From IMG/VR virus record IMGVR_UViG_3300026077_000001: a stretch of DNA of 64,000 bases, one strand, 5' to 3'. Position 1 is the stretch's first letter. Each line of letters opens with the position of its first letter. The notes below the pieces were generated by a model, which saw only the letters and a list, made by a program, of their open reading frames with translations, searched no databases and had not been told where the DNA came from. Positions 60,501 to 64,000 of the stretch are shown here, in pieces. The DNA is from a virus. Its lineage: Duplodnaviria > Caudoviricetes. A program made the translations under genes and the position numbers.

Positions 60501-62377
60501 ACTATGGTGTTGGAGATGTTATCTACGGTTCTGTTACTGATCAAATTATTGAAGTTGAGGCATTTAATATTATGCCTGGATTTGGTGAGTACATCCATTC
60601 TACCGAGATTACTAGATTTGAATATGCATCATTAATTACTGACTTTGGTGTAGATGATACATTTAAGGTTGGTGATGTACTACAACTTCAAAATGCAGGT
60701 CAGTCAGTTGGTCACACATTCGTTGTTACTGAACACGATGTTGATAACAAGTACGTTTACCTTGCAAATGAAGAAGGTAGATTCTCTGCTATCGGTAATG
60801 ATTTAACAGTTATTGCTGGTGATGTTGCTTATCAACTTGCTAAGATTCCTTCTGGATCTAACTTCCCAAGTGTATACACATCCGCTATCTCTTCTGTTGT
60901 AATTACTGCAACAACTGCATATGGACGTATTGAGAGAATTGAGCAAATTGGTCTACGTGCAATCATTCATCTTGGTGATACTGCTGGAAACTTCCTGAAG
61001 AACTCACAGATTATTGGTGATTATGGATTCAGAGGTGCTTGTTCAGTTGCTAAGACTTTACGTGGACGTGTTAGAAGGTACTTCAGAGGATTCGATGGAG
61101 AAACTAAGGACTTCAAGTTGACCACTGAAAATGGTACTGCATACTTCCCAGATCCAGCTGGTCATATGATGATCTTCGTGAATGGAATCCTACAACCTCC
61201 AGGTGGTAATCTTGCATTCACCGCATTCTCAGATAACATTCAGTTCACTGAAGCACCTGCAATTAACTCAACATTCCACGGTGTTTACGTAGGTAAGTTG
61301 AGACAATTAGATGATATCTCATTCGACTTTGATTCATTACGTAACTCCTTCAACTTGAAGTTAGGTGGAGTATTCTACTCACTAACATTGACTGAAGGTG
61401 TACAGTCTAACACTATCAGACCTGAGAACAACATCGTCTGTCAGTTAAATGGTGTTGTACAGGAACCAGGTATCGGTTTTGAACTTGTTGGTTCACGTAT
61501 TATCTTCTCTGAAGTTCCTCGTGCGGGTTCTACATTCGTTGCATTCTCCTACATTGGTTCTGATGTTGACGTTATCGCAGCAACAGTTGTACCTCCAATT
61601 GAAACTGGTGACAAACTAGCAATCGAGGGTGAGGAATTTGAAAGAGAAGTTGCTCTTATTGAGTCTTCTAACTCACTAATTACTTTCGAGTACACAGGAT
61701 CTGTACGTGGACGTAACGCACAAGCACTTGCAAATATCGAGAGAGGTCGTATTATTGAGGCAATTCTAACAAATTCAGGTGATGGTTATACATCACGTCC
61801 TCAAGTTGATGTGATTTCCTCCTCTGGTTTCGGTGGTAAGATCAAGGCATTAGTTGGTCTCGCACGTATTGATGTTAAGAATGCTGGTCAAGGTTATGTA
61901 CTACCTTCAGTAGATGTTCATACGACAGTTGATGAAACATTCTTAGGACCTACAGGTGCTGGTGTTAATGGTGGTATTGACATTTATGATCCTAACTACA
62001 TTCCTCAAGGTGAATCTGAAGCACAAGGTGAATCATATATCACTATTGAATCACAACCAGTTAACACAACAGTTAACCAAGGTCAGACTGCTTCCTTTAC
62101 TGTAATCGCATCCACAACTCCTGCTGGTGGAGTTATTAACTATCAGTGGCAGAAGAAGGATTACGGTACTAATGAATGGATAAATATTAACGGAGCTACA
62201 TCACCAACATATACTACACCTGCTACAACTCAGGGTGACGGAGGAGATGAATTTAGAGTCGGATTAACATCACTTGGTGCTACACCAACCCTATCTCAAT
62301 CTTCCATACTGACAATCAACATAGGTTCTACCACAGTTGATAACTTCACCCCAGATCAAATATTTGATGACAACTAA
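36587..62377 (+). CDS. gp7: Giant (8,596 aa) gp7-like baseplate wedge initiator/structural protein
   Basis: Follows gp6. It has QIPAFIRE..FV.LL.EYY, FYASKGT..S..YLFKMLF and HPVGF (T4 gp7-type motifs). It also carries a YHYH domain, a LamG-like domain, helical repeats, a nested repeat array and a C-terminal Ig-like domain. Confidence 0.8.
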   Translation: MKAITVSNRVQDQIPAFIREDNEQFVNLLSEYYRSQEKSGRPYDILNNILRYTDIGSGEFDPNFLSSQSAVLEKVDPTQKDIVAENVNYFLEKDGTVQIDNEVIYYESVTHSPDIVFTPGVNKAEFDRKIQEFEPISSQFDNSQTLFNLRLLGKPVSPQTADHLLVVVNNEFLFPNIDYFIEGDKIRLQNPPAPPTGELTGAINTIRYLIGYTSIPVRSIDTITVSGDSKEFNLTNNNNKYTPLSTVSTIVVVDRVEKRPYEDFTIFEDKLIFKNDVAENSVINLRSIEMIAPEFGAGATAIADIEQGVVDKVIVKNGGSGYRLSFAPKISIASTKGPGFGATAEALVNGIKDTRLLFSGQGYSANNPPIVVVDPPVDPEGKTAQIRAIVDDSIEGVSQLIVDSSGSGYDKIPSISFVNPGGATITQPTLHTGSIQDGSITVVEKGSGYTTPPLVYLDLPTGDNAIRANVVATIDQYGRVNGITVVSGGQGYVTTPRAKIIDPVGAQILDVSVTGGRVTNIELLTGGAGYTDAPSVYIVDNRKDIAGAPAGGTGATAVATIFNGEITDINITSFGSGYSSAEPPKVFIAAPPAPEASCDVGFGEITGFTIHNGGSGYQPSAFVNCKRGVSSVSSFDQKGNQVYSKEADTVQSSHEVGSTIHNLDTLFAKELYRRYVNQYLPNAEIDYEKVNAPQIIKTISDFYASKGTKISTQYLFKMLFSENVDVSYPKDEVIKPSAASWNVDTVLRAELMSGDPSDLLDAQLIQYVDQVDINVKGASALIENVISINTGVGTIYELAISEETLQGTFTIPYKTTLVESLNTTESIITVDSTIGWPERNGTILINDNEEVQYKEKTLNQFIECTRSENGVVEDWDAGTTIYSEIFVYVNRGLPNEIKMRVLGIADAKSTVLTNTGSYYLPGDKLNVASLGSTSVDQRITSWLYNVKKLINVTGIVPGGLNNQTATVTCSNKHGLLVGDTVTIYGANPTVFNGTFLVTSRISDFIFEYNIPAPADASPQGNILLSVDLNKGKSPEEGISIAIRDFTTNVQNTFFNNTYAYIASSGIPNYEVGPFVGSALLPGNQRKLIRIPRVINTISKRDDTNFGPIGAWVNGVSAWSYKSETKIKYGGVIGINITNVGQGYDAANPPIIEISGGNGTGATASVVVNGQLSEIDVSAGGTGYTSSPLVSIVGGGGFGATATAVITNGIVSKILVENPGQGYTSQPDVSISGGNGTGATATARVRGPIQSVSVDNAGSSYTESPTIKLNSGEGAVAQAIIINGRIVSIAIIAAGKGYTTAPEIVINGDGYGAVAKASIGTVGEDRGKVIGVTVVNRGIGYTTGLTTVRLEAVGEMATFTANVFEWTRNLQDELGQSFDTARGYVFAGYNTQYGGEYAHLSDPKQLRYVLGDNVFKNQATQQLQELSTGWQHSPILGWAFDGNPIYGPYGYIDATDQSSGIRRIRSSYRIKPILIYDLATNPNPVRSDGPLLSDYPAGSFIEDFEYTFQYGDLDQYNGRFCKTPQFPEGVYAYFISIDASDAGNPVFPYIAGPQLYSKADEWNYSQDAVQTNIPDDVVRFRDPYEDVDIDIERQPNQDTDILVTELGEELIFEIEDTNRDGVINNLEDTTPINIAEEPVLQLFDYYPRVSTRSEVDIDIETTTKFEDAQVDGFVVENPGISYKVGDKLYFDNTDTQGFGASAKVNSVKGLDVAGYSSYMTNDVPYGQITTATEHELRANDEIIVKSTPVLDDTNKTLKVKVIAGVEQLNITQEGVGYSSELPPTYELISTIGQDFKLTLERTEAGAVKKANIINSGSGYDSTNPPKIRVSHPQRYKKANYFLSFLNEATGTVSINDVQVADDRTIYVAAERNLADGDTCGILAKFNSDGRLLWQRTLVPTVPSGPKSLRWKSLYVENSNPHNIYVIGETVTNITNITYNPDIVVAKYTSGFDNANNPDGILQWQRDIAGISGATRRDYATTISLDQDGRTMIGGYTDANSLQPDDMWVALLDLDGSMMEKRKIASTDVSEHLHQIKWKSKDTFLFCGVSEPDNTSDIIIGETYYDTATIEVVWSKKITNASYKFKNPTFTIDEYGAVYVTATAEDTNGKDYGVLYTKFDDGDFTAAEQSRIFVPTGTYNAVHNGGVEFDIFGNVDVSCSVERAFNQVESTTLKIGWNTGTVITASTATETDGIGFKAIAVSNDSSGDTIVVGNKVEADQLAIFNWNTADNLADDTYNDTLATGTNKQWYATGNAVIDDTKKYDGASSVKLDASNAMTMLYGSDVATSYTVEAFWALSTAQYTAANTKPEFFTVTDAIGNTVKAGLDADQTSPNYGKTWIDITGTTTFSTAANYLAIFNNEEFIHVALVKDRVGVGDYKYRVYVNGIETQVLTSTTVDINLKDVTIGSNSTPNATNNWIGWIDNLVVSPTAKYDDTFTSALVTGTNSIAQGFVYKIDKDKTALGSFNLNDVETGHTFNIASESNYTFNTQNVAMNPWTIGPAGIQILDYGDVISTHQPGIFTVSSTDQSFGNRTATIPTPGGKKLLLTTTVVPKFYFRDAKYQLIDLVKTINFNQAATFTKGSILQQYSVIGGNDVVSGYGTIVEVGTQSCKIGKIAGSFDTTKLVKSTANDVNDLEWNFTEQKTDPIWATNFVYAQEDIVYNDKKLYQCTSPGTSGTIAPTHTTGIVSDGAVSWAYLSASGIYEVDLANTSYSGSTLGAFASWKEFSAEDYTIKIEEIYQDSSFIKGDTIDADAVNLQFAVDATGKIATFTGLTGVKKISLIAQLNKDVIPSGSLVNTDLVYCSASSRHNFVENEIIFTENFATNDYNGSFFVEEVFNSRDFSFRMRGTAVQDPTFAGSGNSVSNVNIYAKHPKFLFVRGHQYIFDLDDESNLGYFLSFSRDNQYKLEYPFINIIREGTPGFTDDDSPTPLVKFVINEDVTNISYYFDPSRTGADSPVGEGSFIDVIKSPYDGTFRVTSVTDAGKKFAFRLLNEPEKTNAPVGNNEFGNARSSYSTTSVKAIGPISDIKLVNAGGFYQRLPIVTDIASNREIEKVRITNGGTEYVNGVYYNVPIDGDGEGAMCNITVQDDGDFEGVITDVVLTSAGKGYKTASIDVDAIPGILGPLLAGSGAVLDVVIPDEGSGASVFLQGKSIGKIKKLKNNEFGFGYSHDYTLRPEITFPVNLQLFNTALLAQIKITDPGAGYTSVPAVVIEGGGGSGAKAEAIVKNNRLSEVIIKDPGSGYSSEPSVTLKSEFNYVVNVDLGYLQFNFPHGITTGAEVQLRAEDLGSTVGILPKPSSAGLVSLNSNQTYYAIAGEANSLESDQLRISLTKLDAESGSYITFLTQGEGRQVLLTEVFGGKATAIVETSRFLAGELVYQGTSLELASATGYVSTNEGWQIGPRILKLENYDGVWRSGERVTGEVSRASGLIDNLSIATGTLNIASLTNTPGQFIDDVGKPSEIVQKIQDSYFYQNFSYVIKSQTPINQWRKPVLETNHPVGFNLFGELAITGGKDISGRKVVSDLIKEVNINSFTNINQITSFANAQPIYTQFNNTEVLFRQKRLTNSEEILTSIVKKIDNISDDFDGIKTQFPLNVEGSSITAADNQMFILINGVAQSPGTAFSTAGPSVVFTEAPKAPSRIKFREAVYAQKVITRMTFSSIGGIFPLLGNTVRGLVSEATATCIDSGVDYIDVIDIQGTFQLNESIMGSQTGFNSTLSDVSPITSKTIYEQGERITNLAGNFAIIEENNLQDGVITNELVLSRTSGTAKYETGEFNIKFNDIIYSARSKIAATITSIAPYQDDISNQIIDQVDLSPSSSFFGLVFQRVPSITFPNKILDNISETVINPVELYDPETANNQDFLDFERVRNQEIRYDNLTGTDFAAGSDIRLKKIYFGNSSLRRTHDVRLNDASNALQRNARFIAEEAVGAMLDFYPSFQINTGRNADCEDDIVDAINMMAWQLEFDGNSEVWDIANTYVQGNTVYHVDGAEAQTVWAMNKARDLALQCIRMEDIDTSFTTLQQWRDLTVTGEYSVTDNSHADARALLLANKWYIAHEALYYAKQQNPGYTVSGGDSHCLSDIVDVVEAIAYNTAVGGNDFVWEATDRILHYGTVTGDIDTMVDAFTKARDIAINVQRNVVYAKQDTSHGWTQFTDSGITADGASPACQAPAATITTLANILINALGTTASPGTRAAFQAGTTKTEPSTALMANPSTTACVNVTSAITNYFAIITDSLQDPTGAAPGTYPWSISNVTRVAPPYSFSDSETLKSIKHAYKDKSSGGFFVFGEIVKGITSGSTAEIIGSNAGNKWIYSKQPSGAFNDGEYITNSLLVNTNVTVDNLDYAAGAGSLEFNGSAYLTHPSTEKVAFGDGSIPDGNFTIELWVKATGVSGNQTLLDFRTSTGDTSSAYLIMVNNTVRWNTGNVDRITSSANLAANTWTHIAIVRNSGATNMYVGGTKQTTTYTDNTNYGNMPVKIGANAANAQAFTGNMENLMIKLGSTAVDYTSDFTPSGTYDDTDINLKFGFNGEAPIPIIKGEIYATFQQTITSTATAEGVELWRDEIMTEGVDLSRDDYVDCADIIDKNKYWIAEEAVGRMKAMYPDFVIPGDTGTSDQGTQTCLRDTYEYIIPAIVNDLRYGGNFNSIVAARGYLANQEGQLAHVNGELLQSIYAWREVGKLCNTVITANADDLTGEHTTRIRIPNYFSSPAAAGIQTFITDLVDSLLLVLGPTGNRFRDGADLLYFNRKCIADEVAFWLEEQYNVTINFIQEDKFDIPGGTPGRDKCVRDLRDHIIPAIAGDLLTGGNANVQGIIDQYLDSTGKIIQVEEELLPMLDAIGYSKMLMEKALQNALVGRSENLANLAGTTAQTIDDFFQFQYTDFAAFRKDQATEPTFLHDPQIYAGSQRALDAADMLETNKRAIAGEAVDLMLKCSAFKHYHFSVKGGKNHCEDDIVDVIEAIIHDLRFNSNSATYDAAMLYLNTENGLKHVTDETEETAFAMKMARDMSALAIQNKLGFNPYPDYSAGGGAGGGQGGGGGFGGGGGGQGGNQGGGGAARGDYDNNESGNKAYNAADEIRNNLRFIASTAVGRGVSQYPSLGFGGYGYQSCVDDCVDILEALIFNLSHGGNNKMWYATEFYVTDANAVQHINGQPNEVKYVFEQARDIAIQVMRQQLVATNGYTEGDPVYDDEITIDQQTASGQHTPTAATYDPATGDLVLTLGASHNVTTNDTIRINTNSLVFTCDQDDHQTQHTYPRISDPAAVALLPVTNVSGNDITVNVGITERVNFDAKDSTYDPETGLLTLDIGSHSLREGQTLKILQDELNYRCSQDNYRSIHKYPRATDPAVDKALDIVSVGTTHHTATWADFNPVTGMLNVTVPNHGFKNGDKIRLANDSMTFTCDMDEHYSKKTYPRLSDPASGRFLPISNVTKNTFGMSIGKTPIKYFTPSQANYDPETGGLELILGVHGLTTGTHIKLAPNSLTFTCKEDDDATFHTYPRAQTTTVTPSDASYNPVNGHLTVTVANHGFKVGEMVHVEKNGIVMTCDMDGNASEHPYPRQDDPANNSWMRIEAVSTNTFTFKVGESPKVSFTPTAVDYTPTTGDMKMTIGNHSLTAGTALKIAEGGITFTCAQDSHQTLHPYPRNTTYTVSDINNGSYDPETGIMTVTTAANHGLQDGDKVKFADGAITFTCSMDGNGSNHPYPRSTDPASGKWLEIDVTGNTTFTVNVGKTPTVGFAPTMVDYNPTTGLMTLTIGQGHNLSVGQSVRFSQNSLTFKCAFDNYATDHSYPRASGQGGATQDDPFYDTACAITQTTADTITVQVLSSQPSTNTTAHTWQAPTKLTPTGASYNPSTGVMSLTVTGHGMVNGDHIKVDDNFVTFTCGQDSDQTNHSYPRPKDPVSNKFIPITYIDANTFSIQVLENVPSTNTTTHNFVSAVANSIERCVVRAGGIYTHAYVSSTAGSLTAKKDQTYDSSVNIKYEGTPMTAASGTTYSGTTGILEVTTSANHGLVVGDYVKLRDGAVTFTCLEDSNSSNHPYPRATDPISDKWIRVMTVPNATTFSVQVLDAIPSSNTTTHTFVSGLSNGIIKKDDTITVNVGISSNTTAHIFKEAVPACITTGGNYTHTFVRAETNCIIKSKDPVYGNSLEITGTTATSITLNVLPVVPSTNVTQHTFISATNNCVTTGGNYSHKFISAEKDGVELESGSVTVNVGTTPAVFYSVGDANYDGETGDMMIKVGAHKLIDGTTIKIADEALTFTCDMDSHASEHVYPRLTDPARNTALKIKESSSNSHTITGATYTPTSGVLTATINNHGFQSKRTISPTFAKFDPATGDLEVYSADNRLAVGDSVMIDDGAITFRCSKDQYSSTHPYPRSTDPASGTYLIVKKASRNRFTVNVGSNALGGAISDQSIHVFEASNGNSIHVAPTLVKFDLNSITFNCTKDSNATNHTYPRADDPEAGHWLEVLSTPDANTFTCNVGIAGGGNFAHTFVGATAGGLKEQTGWVTVNVGATPSTGHTVSTANFNAITGTMVLGIGNHYFNKHDNIRISPDSLTFTCGLDSNQTNHTYPRANTVVTQPTAASYDPETGYMLLTLNNHGYSNGDFVKFELNAFTFTCTMDNNGSSHTYPRATDPTYGKWLPVEDVQANTFKVQVGKTPTTGFEPISVSYNPTSGVMEMEIGEHEFTTNHKIRIAANSLNFRCAQDNYQTDHLYPRIGDPTYQSSVPIIATTPTTISVQVLASQPSTNTTTHQFVQQVGKTPTDINYNPITGVMTVTIANHGYNDGDMIKIAENSLTFTCDKDSHASDHVYPRRTDPFWDKWMVIDTVTQDTFNVKVLETAPSTNTSTHIFKSCTANCITRSAIRGGGIYTHTNTGIASGGMIHKKDPFYQRGINIDQVGYTTHTVTNAKYNPNTGVMNLTIPNHGFTTSLQKTVTGATYDVTTSMLRITSAAHGMKNGDRVRIADNSITFTCAQDGNATNHSYPRPSDPASQRFLVVTNASTNTFEVNVGNFFGRGPISNQTAHTFVSATTGGLEVARDSIKMAENSITFTCARDDNETLHSYPRENDPSYDEYLPISNVGTNDFDVYVGHANLDKTVHQFVSATSNGIHHLDGTITINVGISSNTTTHNFVNQQTTWTPSSAAYNPTTGVITLTVNNHKFYEGEYIYLADNAVTFRCDQDGQASDHAYPRSTDPASGRMLRISNVTTNTFDVKVLDVTPSTNTTTHVFQSAAANSITKPQVLGGGVYEHKYVSSKGMAVRSGGLYTHVFEGPTKKTVTNASYLPATGIMTVTVPDHGWSNGDGIILDDYSLVFTCLEDSNNTEHPYPRPTDPFSNRVMTISNVTTDTFTVQVLASAPSTNTTTHTFVSATTHGIRRAAVHTGGAYAHTFISSQSNAVTSFTGGGAARCSNEASAITTLMNIPINLFGSGVSNPDAYIGGITRTLPGEWPLTGERAAIRDLTITYDSAGNGECAVVGSQIMQLFNYPINVIDTAAQGNGNWFTNQSVFRQAPLQNNTLQSGGGICYNVVSASNTLADMINMTLGRAPEMYRQAARLIWFNDQYIDRESYYKTMQNYGGYTGDESFATNIRKALIYDLITDGNIKTLELVNSWFDAEGNFIAFPNIFRTYLLYHTAAVKDMTLKVLQQKADNPGPYNQEVPYENRELRPTETAQHKVWQLFHLIEVALERSTLPTAYLKFQFNVGTMVNTDGSIDAPNGHLFQAYDRVTYTVLGSAIAELDRQVYFIHPDTTENLIWISEYIDGDKIELLSPGTAGQVHTLSVVDETGIHRTPSTFGERNVPTPISGGIQPADIFFGDTTGAYAEVIRIQDNWAKVLYNVIYLPLTVTSDPEVFVNGEEVVKTGATGNKGTILATDNSTYIKLVLTGGNIVQGDNIEGLTSGAQGTVSDATHKRILVNFRMGEFIATDLLFSKQDSGRANALIVRNNDGALLDNQSGRVTFDIETVTGNYGVGDVIYGSVTDQIIEVEAFNIMPGFGEYIHSTEITRFEYASLITDFGVDDTFKVGDVLQLQNAGQSVGHTFVVTEHDVDNKYVYLANEEGRFSAIGNDLTVIAGDVAYQLAKIPSGSNFPSVYTSAISSVVITATTAYGRIERIEQIGLRAIIHLGDTAGNFLKNSQIIGDYGFRGACSVAKTLRGRVRRYFRGFDGETKDFKLTTENGTAYFPDPAGHMMIFVNGILQPPGGNLAFTAFSDNIQFTEAPAINSTFHGVYVGKLRQLDDISFDFDSLRNSFNLKLGGVFYSLTLTEGVQSNTIRPENNIVCQLNGVVQEPGIGFELVGSRIIFSEVPRAGSTFVAFSYIGSDVDVIAATVVPPIETGDKLAIEGEEFEREVALIESSNSLITFEYTGSVRGRNAQALANIERGRIIEAILTNSGDGYTSRPQVDVISSSGFGGKIKALVGLARIDVKNAGQGYVLPSVDVHTTVDETFLGPTGAGVNGGIDIYDPNYIPQGESEAQGESYITIESQPVNTTVNQGQTASFTVIASTTPAGGVINYQWQKKDYGTNEWININGATSPTYTTPATTQGDGGDEFRVGLTSLGATPTLSQSSILTINIGSTTVDNFTPDQIFDDN
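52190..58795 (+). repeat. Array of 21 protein repeat modules (Y[DN]P.TG / HG / F.C..D.....H.YPR / H.F) within the giant protein
   Basis: I counted 21 F/Y/M-x-C-x2-D-x5-[HK]-x-YPR motifs in the translation. Confidence 0.9.
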
Positions 62378-64000
62378 TGGCAGCAAACGGTAGTTACAAT
62401 CCAAGCAATGATGTACTCACAGTAACGGGAGATGGTTTACCCAATCCCGTTGCTAAGGGTACGTTCCCTAATGCAAACAATTCTAATGATGTTGAGTCTT
62501 ATACTTTTAGTCACGCTTTTACATATAGAGGTGGTACTAACACTCAAGCAGGTGGTAGTTTACCACTAGGTGTTGTTGGAATAAGTGCTAATGGAGTTGT
62601 TTTAAATAATCCATCTGCAGGTACTCTTGGTAGTCCTCCAACTGGATTTAATTGGGTGGCTACTGATGCTTTTGGTATGTACAATCCTGGTGATGATGCT
62701 GCTGGTGGTCGTCCTAATGCTAATGATCAATATCATTATATTGACGGTGAGTTTATAGGTGCTTGGAAAACCAATCAGGTGATGGGTTCTTATAATGATT
62801 ACTATGGATTAAGTCAGTATGTTGGTGACAATATGCGTCACCCTGACGGACACTCTAAGATCTTGGGTCTTGCATTTGATGGTTATCCTGTTTATGGTCC
62901 TTATGGATATAATTTACCACAGGACAATACTTCTCCAGTAGTTTTAATGGAGACGGGATATCAGATGAAAGAATCTATTGCTGTTAATAGACCTGCATAT
63001 GGTACTACAACAGCAAATCCTCCTAAAGGTGCATTAATGGAGGATTATGAATATAATGTAGATAAGGTTGGAAGGCATCTAGATGTTTATAATGGTCGCT
63101 ATTGTTATACTCCTGAGTATCCCAATGGTACTTTTGCTTACTTCATAACACTATGGAATGATGAAACTGAAAGTAAAGAATATACTGTAACAGTTACAAG
63201 TGAGAATGATGGTAATAAGTATCGTCTTGATGGAGTCTTGTATCCAAATTTAACATTTATTCAAGGAAGTACTTATAGGTTTATACAATCAGATCCATCT
63301 AATTTATCACATCCTATTAAATTCTCAACAACAGAGAATGGTATACACGGTGGTGGAGTTGAATATACAAGTGGTGTAACATCTGTTGGTACTGCAGGTG
63401 AGTCTGGTGCATATACAGAGATCACTGTACCTTCTGATGCACCTAATTTATATTATTATTGCCTCAATCATTCGGGAATGTCTAGTGGTGGAGGTGCTAT
63501 TACGGTAGTACCTAATCGTTATATGACACCAAAGTTCCCTTATATATTTGGTCTTTCTTCTAAAGAAACTCTAAATATACCAGCAAATCAAGGTATTGGT
63601 CAGGAATCATCAGGTGGTGGAGAAAGTGGAGGTGGAGAGACCCAAACTACTCCTAGTATTATTATTACTAATCAGCCTACCAATGCAACGATTGCTGATG
63701 GTGGTACTCAAAACTTTAGTTTGATTGCTGTTATAGAACCTGAAGATGGTACTAAAGGATATCAATGGCAAGTATCTACTGATGGTGGATTTGCTTGGGC
63801 AAATATAACTGGTGCTAATAGTACATCCTATTCACTTGTAGCAGCAGCCTTTATGACTGGCTATAGGTATAGATGTATTGTTACTGGACCTCTAGGTGAA
63901 TCACAGCAAGCGTCTAACTCTCCTCTTGCATCTAACCTTGTTATACTCACAGTCACTGGTGGTACTAGTGGCGAAGACACTTCATCGGTTTTGAAGTGGG
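62377..64000 (+). CDS. YHYH-domain virion protein with cupredoxin-like and Ig-like domains (3' truncated)
   Basis: TAATG-coupled, and the frame is open to the window end. It has GISANGV, YHY, HSKILGLAFDGYPVYGPYG, DVYNGR, HPIKFS...LYYYCLNHSGM and QPTN...YQWQ. Confidence 0.8.
   Translation, partial: MAANGSYNPSNDVLTVTGDGLPNPVAKGTFPNANNSNDVESYTFSHAFTYRGGTNTQAGGSLPLGVVGISANGVVLNNPSAGTLGSPPTGFNWVATDAFGMYNPGDDAAGGRPNANDQYHYIDGEFIGAWKTNQVMGSYNDYYGLSQYVGDNMRHPDGHSKILGLAFDGYPVYGPYGYNLPQDNTSPVVLMETGYQMKESIAVNRPAYGTTTANPPKGALMEDYEYNVDKVGRHLDVYNGRYCYTPEYPNGTFAYFITLWNDETESKEYTVTVTSENDGNKYRLDGVLYPNLTFIQGSTYRFIQSDPSNLSHPIKFSTTENGIHGGGVEYTSGVTSVGTAGESGAYTEITVPSDAPNLYYYCLNHSGMSSGGGAITVVPNRYMTPKFPYIFGLSSKETLNIPANQGIGQESSGGGESGGGETQTTPSIIITNQPTNATIADGGTQNFSLIAVIEPEDGTKGYQWQVSTDGGFAWANITGANSTSYSLVAAAFMTGYRYRCIVTGPLGESQQASNSPLASNLVILTVTGGTSGEDTSSVLKW

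Noticed and set aside
36587-62377. Intein, intron or diversity-generating retroelement target in the giant ORF
   Set aside because: There are no intein splice or LAGLIDADG motifs and no frame break. No reverse transcriptase is present, and the repeats are divergent at the DNA level with no adenine-specific TR/VR pair.

Overview
This is a fragment of an AT-rich T4-like marine cyanomyovirus, of the kind that infects Prochlorococcus or Synechococcus. All credible genes are on the + strand. The window has five blocks. (1) 1-5.9 kb: tail-fibre and glycine-rich fibre-tip genes. (2) 5.9-16.3 kb: an oxidative-enzyme island with two tandem flavin-dependent halogenases, heme oxygenase, six 2OG-Fe(II) oxygenases and three paralogous unknown proteins. 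(3) 16.3-27.1 kb: an early/accessory region of small ORFs with a DEAD-type helicase, an m4C-type methyltransferase, a PvuII-like nuclease, two structured-RNA candidates, and a repeated dyad motif at fixed spacing from -10 boxes. (4) About 26.3-27.3 kb: a non-coding, origin-like locus with divergent consensus promoters, cyanobacterial DnaA-type boxes and an AT-rich tract. (5) 27.3-64 kb: the baseplate module (NlpC/P60, PAAR, gp25, gp6, an 8,596-aa gp7-like protein and a partial YHYH protein). The most striking observations are the following. The giant protein contains 21 repeat modules inserted recursively inside one another in bracket-matched order. CATG appears to be purged from the genome alongside a phage-encoded PvuII-fold nuclease. 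A single palindromic site sits symmetrically between two divergent promoters at the origin-like locus. All family calls come from motif recognition by eye, with no database searches run.
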